A stretch of DNA of 64,000 nucleotides from positions 1 to 64,000 of IMG/VR virus record IMGVR_UViG_3300027917_000019. The stretch is one strand, 5' to 3'. This DNA comes from a virus. Positions 42,444 to 53,085 of this stretch are shown here, one piece after another. The notes beneath the pieces are model-generated. The model was not told the DNA's origin, ran no database searches, and saw only the letters and a program-made list of their open reading frames with translations. Each line of letters begins with the position of its first letter. Position 1 is the stretch's first letter. The translations under genes and the position numbers were made by a program.

Positions 42444-45400
42444 ATGAACCGATTGTACATTTCCACAGATCTGGTCAAGGCAGTGGGTGCTCGCTACGGT
42501 AAGACTGTCCCTCCCAAGGGTGCTCCTACTGATGCACCCGCTGTTCCTAAGGCTCCTGCTCCAGGTGCCGGCCAGGAAGTGGATTACGTACAATCAGACA
42601 AGCCACCCCCCGGTAACCTCGGAAGGACTGAGGGAGGCTATTGGCGTGTTCCTAAGGGGGCGGTGAGTCCCAAGTCTGGAAAGGTTGAAGACGAGAAGGT
42701 CAAGCGAGAGGCTGCCAAGGAGGAGATGTCCAAGGACCCTCTGAAGACAGATGAGGACCCTCCCAAGGAGGCAGATGTTGAAGGCGCTGCAAAGATCCAG
42801 GAGCAGGCTACACAGCCTGACGTAGATCCTCTCAAGGAGGGTGCTCCTGAGGGAGAGGATGGCCCTGCTCAAATGCAGGCTATGATTACTAGGGACATGC
42901 GGCAGCAGCTTGCTGACCTTGGTCACGATAAAGACGCTGTGGGACGTATGACTCCACAAGAAGCAGCGGACCACATAGCCTCTGGAAAGACTGTAGGTAA
43001 GGAGCCTGGTGGGGGTGCTCCTACCATCGCAGAGCCTGATAAGCCTTTTCCTGGAAAGGAACCGCTAACCCTCAAGGACCCGCAGGCTACGTTTGCTACT
43101 ATGGACCCCGAGGCACATGCCAGCACAGACCCCATGGGGCATTATGTCCACGCTGGAATTGCAGAGAAGCTTGGAGACAAGAAGCTTGCACACTTCCATC
43201 GTGAACAGGCTCGCTCAAAGGTTGGAGCGGAGGAAGAAGATCCTAACCGCCGTGGTATTTACCACCACGAGTTGGCTACTAAGCTTCAAGCTGCTGGAAT
43301 GCACGAGGAAGCTGCACACCACAGAGATGCTGCGGCACGTGCAGTCGAGGCTCGCGTGGCTGCTGAAGCTGCTACCCAAAAAGACGCATCTAAGGTTACA
43401 GATGTTGAAGGAATAGCTTCTAAGCGTCAAGCTGAGAAAATGAGGCAAGAGGCTGAGCTTGGTGTTGCGGATACTATGCTGAAGCCCCCTGCTGAAGGTG
43501 CGCCTAAGGCAGCAGAGGCTAAGGCTGAGCCACCTAGTGGTGCTGAGCCCCCTGCTCCTAAAGGATCAGCTACAACGACACAACAAGACAAGGGGCAAAC
43601 TCAGCCTGGTGTTGATACGCTTAGACAACAACAAATGGCCGCTCAGAAGCGCGCTATTGAGGAATTCCATGAGGCAGGCCAGAAGCATGAAAAGGCTTCC
43701 GCTGACTATAAGAAGAAAGTTTCTGAGTATGAGGCTAAGCTCAAGGAACATGCGGATGCTAGAAAGGAGCACGCTGCTGACTTGAAGAAGGTTAGCCAGA
43801 AGCTGAAGGATGTTCGTGATAACAAGCCTGTAAAGGACGACAGTGAGCTTAACAAGTTGAAGAAGAAAATGAAGGCTGTTCGTATGGAGGCGGCTCGTCA
43901 TAAGGACGAGCTGTCTCCTCAGCATGAGAAGCATGCGAAGGCTATTGAGAAGGTTAAGCAGAGTATTGCTAGTCACCAAAAGAAGCTCAGCGCTGCTGAA
44001 AAGAAGTTGAAGGCCCACCAAAAGAAGAAGCTAGTTCGTGGTGAGATGTCAAAGGATGCTTTTGAAACTGCGTCTAAGAATCACCACGCGGCAGGTGTTA
44101 AACTACAAGATAAGTACGATAAGCTAAAGCAGAAGGGCGCAGATCTGTCTGCTCAACACAAGGTCATTAAGCAAGCCAGCGACTCTTACAAGGCAGACCA
44201 CAAGAAGCAGCAAGTTACCTATCGTGAGAAGCTTCGTAAGATGCAGGAGAAGCACGACAAGTTGAAGGAAACTATCGGCGCCAAGCACGCCAAGGCTGTA
44301 GAAGCACACAAGAAGAAGCTAAAGACCGCTCAAGCCGCTGTGGACAAGCATAAGGCTAAGAAGGATAAGCTCCCTGAGAAGCCCAAGAAGGTTTCAGGAA
44401 AGCCTCCGGAAGCTCCGGCTGGTAAGCCTAAGTCTGATGAAGAGAAGATGGCACACAGCGAGCACCAGGCAAGTGCTCGTAAGATGCGAGAGAATATCGA
44501 ATCTCACCTGCGGGATAACCCGGATCTGGACCCGGCTGCTAAGAGTAAGTTGATGAAGCTTCATGAGATGGCAGCACGGCATGAACATATCCAAAATGTT
44601 CCCACCTCAGACCAGAAGAAGGAGATGAGAGACTTGAGTTCTCGTGCTAAGGAGCACGGAGCCGATCGTCATCACTCAGAGGTCAAGGCTGAGCAGGATG
44701 CAAAGGCTGCTAAGGAGCAAGAAAAGGCTGACAAGCAGAAGGCTCGTGAAGATAAGGAATTCGCGCGCAAGCGTGCTGACGCTGAAAAGCGTGTACAAGC
44801 AGAGCATGCTAACACCCCCAGACCTCCTGAGAATGAGTTTGAACAGGCAGAGGTACTACAACACGCAGGAGCAGCCGAAACGGCTCTTGAAAATATACAG
44901 TCACATCTCGATGATGGAGATCTCGATGACGAGACTAGGGCTAACCTAGAAGAGATGGTTTCTAAGCTGGAAGAACATTCAAAGCTTGATACGGTTCCCA
45001 CAGAAGACCAAAAGGCAGAACTGAAGAAGATTCAGAGTCTTACAAAGCAACACGGTAGTAAGCACTTCCACGATACCGCTGAAGGCAAGCAGGCTGTTGC
45101 CGGGGCTGCTCCTATTAAGAAGGAGTCTGCACCTTCGCGTGTCGCGACGACTGGAAGGCGTGGTACTGGTTTGTCTAGCATCTATCGCAGGGCCTCTGCG
45201 TTTGGAAGTAAGATGGGAGCGGCAGCTGCATCCCCGTACGGCGGTGCCGGTTCGTTTGCAGACACTCTAGACTATGCCGGCCAAGGTGCAGCTACAGGCG
45301 GTCATTATCTCCTGAACAGTGGGAAGAAAAAGCCCACCAGTAAGCCAGTAGGAAAGCCTGCAGGAGATACAAAGGTGTCTCCTTCGGAAGAAAAAGACAT

Positions 45401-45494
45401 GGCCAGGTTGTCTAGTAAGCGTGCAAAGGCGAAAGACCAGTCCAAGACTCAGAAGAGTATAAACAGCAATCCTAGTCTTTGGGTAAGAAAGTAA
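42444..45494 (+). CDS. large Lys/His/Ala-rich low-complexity coiled-coil protein, putative internal head protein
   Basis: 1016-aa ORF upstream of the portal; duplicated ENIESHL/ENIQSHL module; LVKA and QKS termini. Confidence 0.75.
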   Translation: MNRLYISTDLVKAVGARYGKTVPPKGAPTDAPAVPKAPAPGAGQEVDYVQSDKPPPGNLGRTEGGYWRVPKGAVSPKSGKVEDEKVKREAAKEEMSKDPLKTDEDPPKEADVEGAAKIQEQATQPDVDPLKEGAPEGEDGPAQMQAMITRDMRQQLADLGHDKDAVGRMTPQEAADHIASGKTVGKEPGGGAPTIAEPDKPFPGKEPLTLKDPQATFATMDPEAHASTDPMGHYVHAGIAEKLGDKKLAHFHREQARSKVGAEEEDPNRRGIYHHELATKLQAAGMHEEAAHHRDAAARAVEARVAAEAATQKDASKVTDVEGIASKRQAEKMRQEAELGVADTMLKPPAEGAPKAAEAKAEPPSGAEPPAPKGSATTTQQDKGQTQPGVDTLRQQQMAAQKRAIEEFHEAGQKHEKASADYKKKVSEYEAKLKEHADARKEHAADLKKVSQKLKDVRDNKPVKDDSELNKLKKKMKAVRMEAARHKDELSPQHEKHAKAIEKVKQSIASHQKKLSAAEKKLKAHQKKKLVRGEMSKDAFETASKNHHAAGVKLQDKYDKLKQKGADLSAQHKVIKQASDSYKADHKKQQVTYREKLRKMQEKHDKLKETIGAKHAKAVEAHKKKLKTAQAAVDKHKAKKDKLPEKPKKVSGKPPEAPAGKPKSDEEKMAHSEHQASARKMRENIESHLRDNPDLDPAAKSKLMKLHEMAARHEHIQNVPTSDQKKEMRDLSSRAKEHGADRHHSEVKAEQDAKAAKEQEKADKQKAREDKEFARKRADAEKRVQAEHANTPRPPENEFEQAEVLQHAGAAETALENIQSHLDDGDLDDETRANLEEMVSKLEEHSKLDTVPTEDQKAELKKIQSLTKQHGSKHFHDTAEGKQAVAGAAPIKKESAPSRVATTGRRGTGLSSIYRRASAFGSKMGAAAASPYGGAGSFADTLDYAGQGAATGGHYLLNSGKKKPTSKPVGKPAGDTKVSPSEEKDMARLSSKRAKAKDQSKTQKSINSNPSLWVRK

Positions 45495-45497
45495 CCC

Positions 45498-46247
45498 ATG
45501 AAGCTATACATCGATTTGAATAAAGCAGTCAGTCAGACACCCAACACTGGGGTAGATACTCCGTTGGAAGACCAATCTGTTGAAGAGTATAAGACCTCCT
45601 TTGCTCGCCGCCCGGTAGGTGTAGCTGCTGGCGAAGAAAATGATCCTGATGATCCCAAGGTTGGTAAGCGTTGGAATCGCGCTTCTGACACTGAGGTATC
45701 CGAGCGTAAGGCTAGACAGAAGAAGCGTACAGCAGACGCAGCAGCGGAAGGGTTGATTAAGCCTCCAATTAAGAAGGCACAACCTTTTGATGGTGGGTTT
45801 ACAAGAGAAGAAGCTGAGCGTGCTGCCGACAGTTTGAAGGTTGATTTTAGTGAAGAGAAGTTTGGTCTTAGTGAATTTGTCGCAGGAATTAACGTAGAGC
45901 GCGAGCATGCTGACGTTAGTAAGGATGCTTCAACACTAGGTAAGATTACTCTTGCACACCTTCGTGAAACTCCAGACTACTACAAGAAACTCAAGCAAGT
46001 AGAGAAGAGTGTTGATATTCTAAAGAGTATTAACAACAAGCTTGCTACCGAAAAAGCTAGGCGAATGCCTAACATACGAGAGCAAGAGTTTTTGATGGAT
46101 GTCCTTGGGTATTCTCAGGAAGACATCACCAAGGGTGTTGCTGTCATTACCGGACGTAATAGGCGTTTGTTCAATAGGTGGTTGTGTGATAGACTAGCTA
46201 ATTCCACCTCTGACCTGCTAAAGTCCGTAGGAGCTGACATTGGCTAA
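45498..46247 (+). CDS. DUF5661-like domain protein, head-associated
   Basis: GINVEREH..KITLAHLRETPDYYKKL. Confidence 0.7.
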   Translation: MKLYIDLNKAVSQTPNTGVDTPLEDQSVEEYKTSFARRPVGVAAGEENDPDDPKVGKRWNRASDTEVSERKARQKKRTADAAAEGLIKPPIKKAQPFDGGFTREEAERAADSLKVDFSEEKFGLSEFVAGINVEREHADVSKDASTLGKITLAHLRETPDYYKKLKQVEKSVDILKSINNKLATEKARRMPNIREQEFLMDVLGYSQEDITKGVAVITGRNRRLFNRWLCDRLANSTSDLLKSVGADIG

Positions 46248-47973
46248 CGACTACGAAAGTTGGAATGACCATATCAAGCAGTGGCGCGATGCAACTGCAA
46301 ACGTACCCGTATTGGTTCGTGAAGACATTCTGAAGGGGAAATATCGTCCTAGTAAGCCTACAGAGGGTATTCGTGCCCTCATGGAAGATCCGCTTTCCAT
46401 TCAATACTCTCTGGGGTATAAGGATCGCAAATATTCTCTTACGTACGATGTACTAAAGCAGACGGTCCAGAATCTAGCAATTTTGTCTGCAATCGTACAG
46501 ACGCGCACTCATCAGGTAGCTTCGTTTGCAGTACCGTTTAGATCTTCAAAGAGCCTTGGGTATGTTATCAAGCACAAGGATTCAACCAGAGAGACCACTA
46601 AGAGTGAGCGCCAGATGATCCAGGATATGGAGAAGTTCATCTATAATTGCGGCGCAGCAGAGCCAAATCCACACAACAAAGGCTTTGTAAGAGATGATTT
46701 TGAAACATTCCTGAAGAAGATTGTAAGAGACTCTCTTGTTTACGACCAGTGTTGTTTTGAAATTGTTCCAGACCGCTCTGGACAGCCATATGAGTTCATG
46801 GCTGTAGATGCCAGCACTATTAGGTTGGCTGCACAGAATCAGGTATTCGGTCCCAATAATACATGGTTTGACCGTCCACCTGTGGCAAATAACAAAGCCC
46901 GCCATACGAATCTCTCTAATCCGTACACTACCTTGCGTATGTATGGTAAGGATGCGCGAAAGAAGGCGGCGTTCGTACAGCTTATAAATGGGCAGATTGA
47001 GAACGTTTTCGCTAGAGATGAGCTTGCTTTTGGTGTGCGTAATCCACGTTCTGACATCTACATCCAAGGGTACGGATACGGTGAGATTGAGCAGCTGATT
47101 ACCATTATCACTGCACATCTGTATGCTGAAGAATACAACAGACGTTTCTTCATGCAGGGCAGCGCTCCCAAGGGTTTGTTGAATTTGAAGGGTGATGCTA
47201 TGACGCCGGACCAGCTTGAAGGTTTCCGACGTCAGTGGCGTGCTAATCTTGAAGGTGTTGAAAACGCTTGGCGCACTCCCATTCTTCAGGCCGAACAGGG
47301 TATTGATTGGATTAACCTCAACCCCACTAACCGTGAAATGGAATACGGGCAGTGGATGGAATATCTAATTAAGATTACTTGTGGAGTGTTTCTTATCGAC
47401 CCTGCTGAGTTGAACTTTGACCTTGCCGGAGGAGTTCAACAGACCCCCTTGTTTGAGTCCAGTTCTGAGTGGAAACTCAAGGCATCTCGTGACAGGGGTC
47501 TTCGTCCGCTTCTTCGCTTCATTGCGAAGATGATCAATGATAATATCATCGCAAAGATTGATGACCACTTTGTCTTTGATTTTGTAGGACTTGATGAGCT
47601 TACTGAGCAAGAAAAACACGAGCTTCGCAAGGAGCAGGTCGCTTCCTACATGACTCTTAATGAGATTCGTGATGCAGAAGATCTGCCGCGCGTGCTGGGT
47701 GGAGATATGATTCTCAACCCAACATATACTCAAGCACTTCAGGTCATGCAGCAGATGCAGCAGGCTGAGCAGGCACAACAAGGTCAAGAGCAGCCTGGAC
47801 AAGCACCACAGCAAGCTGCCCCTGCCGGTGGAGAAGAAGAGAGCGCTCCTGAGCCTTCTCCAGACTACTCCGACAACTTTACGAAGTCTTTGTCTAGAGA
47901 TAGGCCCATTCTGGAGATTTCTGTAGGGGAAGATTATGACGAGTGGCTAGAGGTATGGCGTGATGACTCGTAA
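46240..47973 (+). CDS. portal protein (SPO1/Twort-like)
   Basis: FLKKIVRDSLVYDQ, AVDASTIR, GVRNPRSD..GYG, YNRRFF..GSAPKGLL, SRDRGLRPLL, MTLNEIR. Confidence 0.93.
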   Translation: MANDYESWNDHIKQWRDATANVPVLVREDILKGKYRPSKPTEGIRALMEDPLSIQYSLGYKDRKYSLTYDVLKQTVQNLAILSAIVQTRTHQVASFAVPFRSSKSLGYVIKHKDSTRETTKSERQMIQDMEKFIYNCGAAEPNPHNKGFVRDDFETFLKKIVRDSLVYDQCCFEIVPDRSGQPYEFMAVDASTIRLAAQNQVFGPNNTWFDRPPVANNKARHTNLSNPYTTLRMYGKDARKKAAFVQLINGQIENVFARDELAFGVRNPRSDIYIQGYGYGEIEQLITIITAHLYAEEYNRRFFMQGSAPKGLLNLKGDAMTPDQLEGFRRQWRANLEGVENAWRTPILQAEQGIDWINLNPTNREMEYGQWMEYLIKITCGVFLIDPAELNFDLAGGVQQTPLFESSSEWKLKASRDRGLRPLLRFIAKMINDNIIAKIDDHFVFDFVGLDELTEQEKHELRKEQVASYMTLNEIRDAEDLPRVLGGDMILNPTYTQALQVMQQMQQAEQAQQGQEQPGQAPQQAAPAGGEEESAPEPSPDYSDNFTKSLSRDRPILEISVGEDYDEWLEVWRDDS

Positions 47974-48823
47974 CGTATTACCCATAAGGCTATTGATAGC
48001 TCTTGATACTTCTGCTAGAATTCCTAACACCACTAGTGTATCTAAGAGTGTTGACTCCGCTATGGAAAAGGTTCCTGAAAAGGACAAGATTTCGAAGCCA
48101 TTCCAGTCTGAAGCTCAGCGGGGTAAATTCTATGCCATGGCAGAACAGGGTAAGATCTCTGAGGAAACTGTGGAAGAGTGGGAGCATGCAACTCCAAAAG
48201 GTAAGAAGCTCCCAAGGAAGAAAAAGATGAATAAGGCTCTAACAGACGCGATTGAGATTTTGAAGGCAGTTGCCTGTATGCCAGTTTCTGGCGACAAGCT
48301 AGAGAAGGACGCTACTGAGAAGGGCGTTTCTAAGGCGGCAGGGGCTCCTCCAGTGGGCGGTGAAGAGCGCAGGGTGTCTAAGCCTGTAGCTCCAAAGGTG
48401 GCCCCGGGAGCGTCTCCTGTGGGCGGCGAAGCTAAGAGAACGCCTGGTGCTTCAAGTTATGGTTCAAAGGGGACTAGCTACAACCCCATGAATAAGAGTG
48501 CTGAAGATGAGGATGTTGACAAGGCTCTTAAGTCTTCGGCAATTGTAGGCATTGCCCGCCGCATGCGGCTGCACGACTATTCTGCCGGCGTTGCTGGTGA
48601 TCAGCCCGTTATCGGTACAAACCGTGTGAGGAACGATCATGAACCTCCGGTAGTTCCTGTTCGTAGGGTTGAGACTCCAGAGCCTACGAAGGTTGTTGTA
48701 GACACATTTGTAGATTGTGAGCAGTGTGGTTGCGTATATAAGAGTTTAGGCAAGTGCCCTAAGTGTTCTAAAATTTCAGAATTGGGCGGCGAAGCGATTC
48801 CGTTTCATTTCCGAGGTCGTTGA
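47960..48823 (+). CDS. putative head-associated protein with C-terminal Zn ribbon
   Basis: PFQSEAQRGKFYA module, many KS/KA sites, CEQC..CPKC. Confidence 0.7.
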   Translation: MMTRNVLPIRLLIALDTSARIPNTTSVSKSVDSAMEKVPEKDKISKPFQSEAQRGKFYAMAEQGKISEETVEEWEHATPKGKKLPRKKKMNKALTDAIEILKAVACMPVSGDKLEKDATEKGVSKAAGAPPVGGEERRVSKPVAPKVAPGASPVGGEAKRTPGASSYGSKGTSYNPMNKSAEDEDVDKALKSSAIVGIARRMRLHDYSAGVAGDQPVIGTNRVRNDHEPPVVPVRRVETPEPTKVVVDTFVDCEQCGCVYKSLGKCPKCSKISELGGEAIPFHFRGR

Positions 48824-49233
48824 TGTTGTACCTGCGTCACGATCTCATAAAGGGTGACTCTTCCACCAAGCCTGAGAAGGCTAAGAAAGAAGGAGGAGCC
48901 TCATCCAAAACCGGTGAGCAGCGTGGAGGCAAGTATGTTGCCCGCGTTCAAACTGGTTATGAGAAGGACGGTAGTCCTCGATATAAGTACTTTGATACTC
49001 TAGAAGAAAGAGATAAGTACTTACAGAGTCGTGGTACTAGTGGTGACGGAAAGAAGCGTCTTAAGGACAAGCTCACTGATGAGCAAAAAGAAGCAAAGCA
49101 AAAACAGAAAGTTAGCCATGGTAAGGTAGAGTCCGGCAAGCTTTTTGTAGCCAAGGACAAAAAAGAAAAGAAGGAATCGGAGGAAGATACTAAGAAGAGT
49201 ATTTCCGTTTTCATCTGGAGGCTAGAAGAATGA
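48823..49233 (+). CDS. basic putative internal head protein
   Basis: RGGKYVAR..YKY; LIKG and KKS termini. Confidence 0.7.
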   Translation: MLYLRHDLIKGDSSTKPEKAKKEGGASSKTGEQRGGKYVARVQTGYEKDGSPRYKYFDTLEERDKYLQSRGTSGDGKKRLKDKLTDEQKEAKQKQKVSHGKVESGKLFVAKDKKEKKESEEDTKKSISVFIWRLEE

Positions 49234-49703
49234 GTCATTTCCCGCGTAAGCCTGTTCGTTTCATTGAGGCGAATGATGAGCTATTGGACATACAAAAGGC
49301 CGTAGCCTCAGATATGCGTACTTCCACAGATTATGGTGGGCCTACTGAAACTGCATACCCTGCACAGTCAGAACCGCAGTATCGTACGCCCCATGATCGT
49401 GTTAGCGGTAACGAGATGTTTCGTAGGTACCCAGACGGAAGCCTTGATTATGCATATGCTAAAGACAAGGTAGTAGAAGCTGTACATAAGGTGCGTGATG
49501 GGGGTGTCTTGACGTCCGTGGAGCGTGTAGCTCTTAGTTGCATGTTTCCTCACATGTTTTCTGGTGTAGACTCTGGTGTATCTGCAGCAGTTCGCGCTGT
49601 AAATCTACGCCTTTCTGCAGAAGAGTCTATGAAGGTTGCCTTGTTGGTTGCTAAGCATCTCAGCCAGGAAATGTCCTTCATGCACTCTAGCCACGCACGA
49701 TGA
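49230..49703 (+). CDS. hypothetical protein
   Basis: ATGA coupling. Confidence 0.7.
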   Translation: MSHFPRKPVRFIEANDELLDIQKAVASDMRTSTDYGGPTETAYPAQSEPQYRTPHDRVSGNEMFRRYPDGSLDYAYAKDKVVEAVHKVRDGGVLTSVERVALSCMFPHMFSGVDSGVSAAVRAVNLRLSAEESMKVALLVAKHLSQEMSFMHSSHAR

Positions 49704-49915
49704 AGATTAGGACAAACCTATCTCCTGAACAGTTGGAGAATATTGCTAAAGGCATTAAGGTCGCTGCTGATAAACAGCGCGTTAGACCGTATGTTCCGGA
49801 AAACAACGCAGAGTCTGAGTTGCTTAGAAAAGCAGACAGTGCCCTTGATCTAATGCTAGACAGTTTACAAGAAGAAGTAGCAAACATATTGCTAGATAAG
49901 GAACACAATGAGTGA
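49700..49915 (+). CDS. hypothetical protein
   Basis: ATGA coupling. Confidence 0.7.
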   Translation: MKIRTNLSPEQLENIAKGIKVAADKQRVRPYVPENNAESELLRKADSALDLMLDSLQEEVANILLDKEHNE

Positions 49916-50366
49916 ATGGTGGAGTCCGAAGCCTCGCCGCGAATTGAACAAGTCCGGCCTCTTTTCCTACGATGAGGGAGAAGTGAAGATCGAAAAGAGT
50001 CAACCTAATCGCTGGAAGCAGCAACGTGACGCTGACGGAACTCCGCACACTCGTGGTGGTCCCAGCGCGCTTGCGCCTCCTCTTGCAGGCCCTGCGTTGT
50101 TCATTGCTGACATGGAGAAGGCCACCTCTGGAGATGATGGTCCACAGCCGAGGATAGAAGACGCGGAAAAGGTCGTTAAGGCATACTTGGAACTTTCCCA
50201 AGATCTTATCGCTAAGGGATTTGGGGATACTGTTAGAGCCGCAGGAAAGCAAATCAGTGCTGGTGCTAAGGAAGGTGCTAGTGCTGTCAATAAGCTGACA
50301 AATGTCGTTTCAAAGGTAAGTCCTGGAGCAAAGTCTTGCTCCGCAGATGACGACGACGACGAATAA
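49908..50366 (+). CDS. hypothetical protein
   Basis: ORF in the operon. Confidence 0.7.
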   Translation: MSEWWSPKPRRELNKSGLFSYDEGEVKIEKSQPNRWKQQRDADGTPHTRGGPSALAPPLAGPALFIADMEKATSGDDGPQPRIEDAEKVVKAYLELSQDLIAKGFGDTVRAAGKQISAGAKEGASAVNKLTNVVSKVSPGAKSCSADDDDDE

Positions 50367-50373
50367 GGGTTGA

Positions 50374-53055
50374 ATGCCGCTAACGAAGGGTAAACTGGAG
50401 AAGCTACGCCAGGCGGTAAAGCTTCATGTGAACTGGTTTGTCGCGGCTATCTTAGGAGAGGACGCGCTTACAGCACAGGAGCGTGCTGAGCTTGAGAAGT
50501 TTAAGAAGCTTCCTAAGCAGGCTCTAAGCTTAATTGAGCGTGGATTTGTCCTTGGGCGTCTTAAGTCCATCTTCAAAAAGAAAGAATGGAAGGGCCTTTC
50601 TTGGGAAGACTTTATAGATTTAGCCAAGCGTCAATCTCTTTCACCTCTAGAGAAGCTCGTATTGCAGCAGGCTAAGCTGTCAGCGGCTCAGCACATCAAA
50701 GGTCTCGCCGACGACATCGCCGCTGGCGTTTTCAACCAGCTAGCAAAGACTACCAATCAGGTCGTCAGCGAGGCGTCTCTCAAACAAATCATCAGTGATG
50801 AAGTTCAGCTTGCAGTTCTAGAGAAGAAGTCCTACACACAACTCGCTTCAAGTCTAGCGGCAAAGACAAAGACGCAGTATGGGTACAAGTGGGAACAAAT
50901 CTCTAGGACAGAACTCCACTCTGCTAAGACTCACGGACTTGCTCAGGCGATTATCAACAAGGTAGATGTCTACAAGCACAGTAAGGGCATCGATTCCATG
51001 GTTTCCCTCGTTCCAAAGCCTGGAACTTGTCCAGACTGTGCAAGGCACTATCTAGATAAGAGCGGAAATCCTAGGGTATTCTCACTGAGACAGTTGATGG
51101 GGGCAGGGTCTAACGCTGATCCTGGTGTTGTTCATAAGAAGACAAAGGGTGTGCATTTGCAATGGAAGACTACACTTCCGCCGTTGCACCCAAACTGTCG
51201 TTGTGAGTTGGTGTTCATTCCTCCTGGGTATACGTGGGTGAACGCACAGCTTACACTGACCAATCCAAGCGTACTAAAGAAGGCCATCGGGGATTCTAAG
51301 CTTAGTGGAACAGTAAAGCCGCAAGGGCCTGCGAGTGCAAAGGCATCTGGACCTGTCAATCCTCCAACTATCCCCGGTATCAAGAGTCCTGGGCAGGCTG
51401 ACAACGGTGGCCGTCCTGCGGCTCCTAAGTCTGCTTGGGCAGGCATGGAAGTTGACTACATTCCTAAAGCAGGGACAGCAGAGAAGCCTGAGGGTGCTGT
51501 TGGAGACACTGAGTCTAGTTGGGTTGTCCCGAAGGGCTTTAGACCGGGTAAGGCTCTCACCCCTGAGCAGGAAGCTCAGAAGAAGCAATTGGAGAAGCAA
51601 GCAGCCATTGAGTATGGTAAGGCAGACAATCCGCACGCTGAGATTCTAAGCCACCTAAGCAAGGGTGAGTTTACCGATATGCGCCAGCTTTCTGGGGATG
51701 AAGCTGGGCTATCAGGGATGGCTACATATCTTGTGCAGTTTAAGGATGGCCCCCGAGGGCTGTTGAAGGCGACTACTAAGAAGCTATATGCCAACTCTGG
51801 AGACCCTGAGCTGCTTCAAATTGGTGAGGGAACAACTATTCCTGGAACAGGCCCACAACGCGAAGCAGCTGCATACAACATGCATATGCAGTTTGGTTTG
51901 AAAGACCATGTTCCTCCTACAACAACGCGAATACACAATGGGGCTAATCACTCCATTCAAAGTTGGGCAGAAGGATTTGGACCTGCCAGAAGCATGCTCA
52001 GTTCTGCAGAAAAAGAAGAATCTGGCGTGGTGGTTGCTGGAGAAGGGGCTAAGAAGTCCACAGCAACTAATGAAGTAAAGAGCTTGTTGGAGAGGTGCCC
52101 TGCAGATAAGAAGGAGGCTCTAAAGCAGAAGCTCTTCGAAGGGGCTACTATGAACATCGTCTGCAACAACGGAGACGGGCATAACGGTAATATTCTCGTC
52201 AAAGAAGACTTCAGTGATGTTCGCTTCATAGACAACTCCGCTAGTTTTGGGCACGGCATGGTAGGTGTGTCTAGTGAAATCCACGGAGACATGCACAACG
52301 CTGGAATGAAGCTGAAAGTTCCGGACCACCTCATGGAGAAGTTCTCAAAGACTTCTTACGGAGATATACAAAAGGCTACAAAGGGACTTGACGATAGAGA
52401 ATCTGCTCAGACGTTTCTTCGTATGCGTTACGTTCAGCATTTGATGGATACTGAGGGACATCTTGATTTTGAAAAGTTTCGTCCAGAAGTCATGGGTCCC
52501 GGTGGTGGTGGTCCCCGTATTGGTATGTGGAATGGCTCAGGCTTTGAACAAGTTCTTGATTATGCAAAGAGGCGTGAGAAGGGAGAGCTTGCGCACGATC
52601 AGTTTGTTGCGTTTGCCAAGGATTTCATATCCTCTGCACAAGATGAGAACCACCCCGACAACAAGTCTGTTAGTGCTATGTTTGCTAAACAGTCTCCGCA
52701 AGATGTTCTTATTAGTGGGGAGGAGTTTTACGACAAGCATGTGGTTCCTAACTCTGAGGCAGGAGAACACCCTTCTGTAGCTGCTGAGCGTAAGAAGATG
52801 GAGCGCGCACATACACTACAAGACGCTCCCGGCTCTTCGGCTCCTTCTGGAAAGAAGTCTGAGTTTGAACCAAAACGCACACAAGTCTCTACCAAAGAGT
52901 GGATGGCTGCTTCAAAACCAGTGAGCACTAAAGCACAGAGCCCTAAAGCACACAAGACTTCTGCAGAACCAATTGGCACTAAAGCAGCCAAGCCTTCACG
53001 CATTAAGAAGTCACTATCTCTCTACATTGACGACCCAGGTCGACCTTGGTCTTGA
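50374..53055 (+). CDS. MuF/SPP1-gp7-family minor head protein fused to a PI3/4-kinase/HipA-like domain
   Basis: ISRTE..CPDC..PPLHPNCRC (MuF); LLK..REAAAY..VPPT..SIQSW..NGDGHNGN..FIDNSASFG (kinase). Confidence 0.8.
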   Translation: MPLTKGKLEKLRQAVKLHVNWFVAAILGEDALTAQERAELEKFKKLPKQALSLIERGFVLGRLKSIFKKKEWKGLSWEDFIDLAKRQSLSPLEKLVLQQAKLSAAQHIKGLADDIAAGVFNQLAKTTNQVVSEASLKQIISDEVQLAVLEKKSYTQLASSLAAKTKTQYGYKWEQISRTELHSAKTHGLAQAIINKVDVYKHSKGIDSMVSLVPKPGTCPDCARHYLDKSGNPRVFSLRQLMGAGSNADPGVVHKKTKGVHLQWKTTLPPLHPNCRCELVFIPPGYTWVNAQLTLTNPSVLKKAIGDSKLSGTVKPQGPASAKASGPVNPPTIPGIKSPGQADNGGRPAAPKSAWAGMEVDYIPKAGTAEKPEGAVGDTESSWVVPKGFRPGKALTPEQEAQKKQLEKQAAIEYGKADNPHAEILSHLSKGEFTDMRQLSGDEAGLSGMATYLVQFKDGPRGLLKATTKKLYANSGDPELLQIGEGTTIPGTGPQREAAAYNMHMQFGLKDHVPPTTTRIHNGANHSIQSWAEGFGPARSMLSSAEKEESGVVVAGEGAKKSTATNEVKSLLERCPADKKEALKQKLFEGATMNIVCNNGDGHNGNILVKEDFSDVRFIDNSASFGHGMVGVSSEIHGDMHNAGMKLKVPDHLMEKFSKTSYGDIQKATKGLDDRESAQTFLRMRYVQHLMDTEGHLDFEKFRPEVMGPGGGGPRIGMWNGSGFEQVLDYAKRREKGELAHDQFVAFAKDFISSAQDENHPDNKSVSAMFAKQSPQDVLISGEEFYDKHVVPNSEAGEHPSVAAERKKMERAHTLQDAPGSSAPSGKKSEFEPKRTQVSTKEWMAASKPVSTKAQSPKAHKTSAEPIGTKAAKPSRIKKSLSLYIDDPGRPWS

Positions 53056-53085
53056 CTCCTCCCACATAGGTGATATCATACTACC

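Noticed and set aside
42444-45494. Tape measure protein or terminase
   Set aside because: No ATPase/nuclease motifs; Lys/His/Pro-rich composition and position before the portal do not fit a tape measure. No terminase is recognisable in this window.
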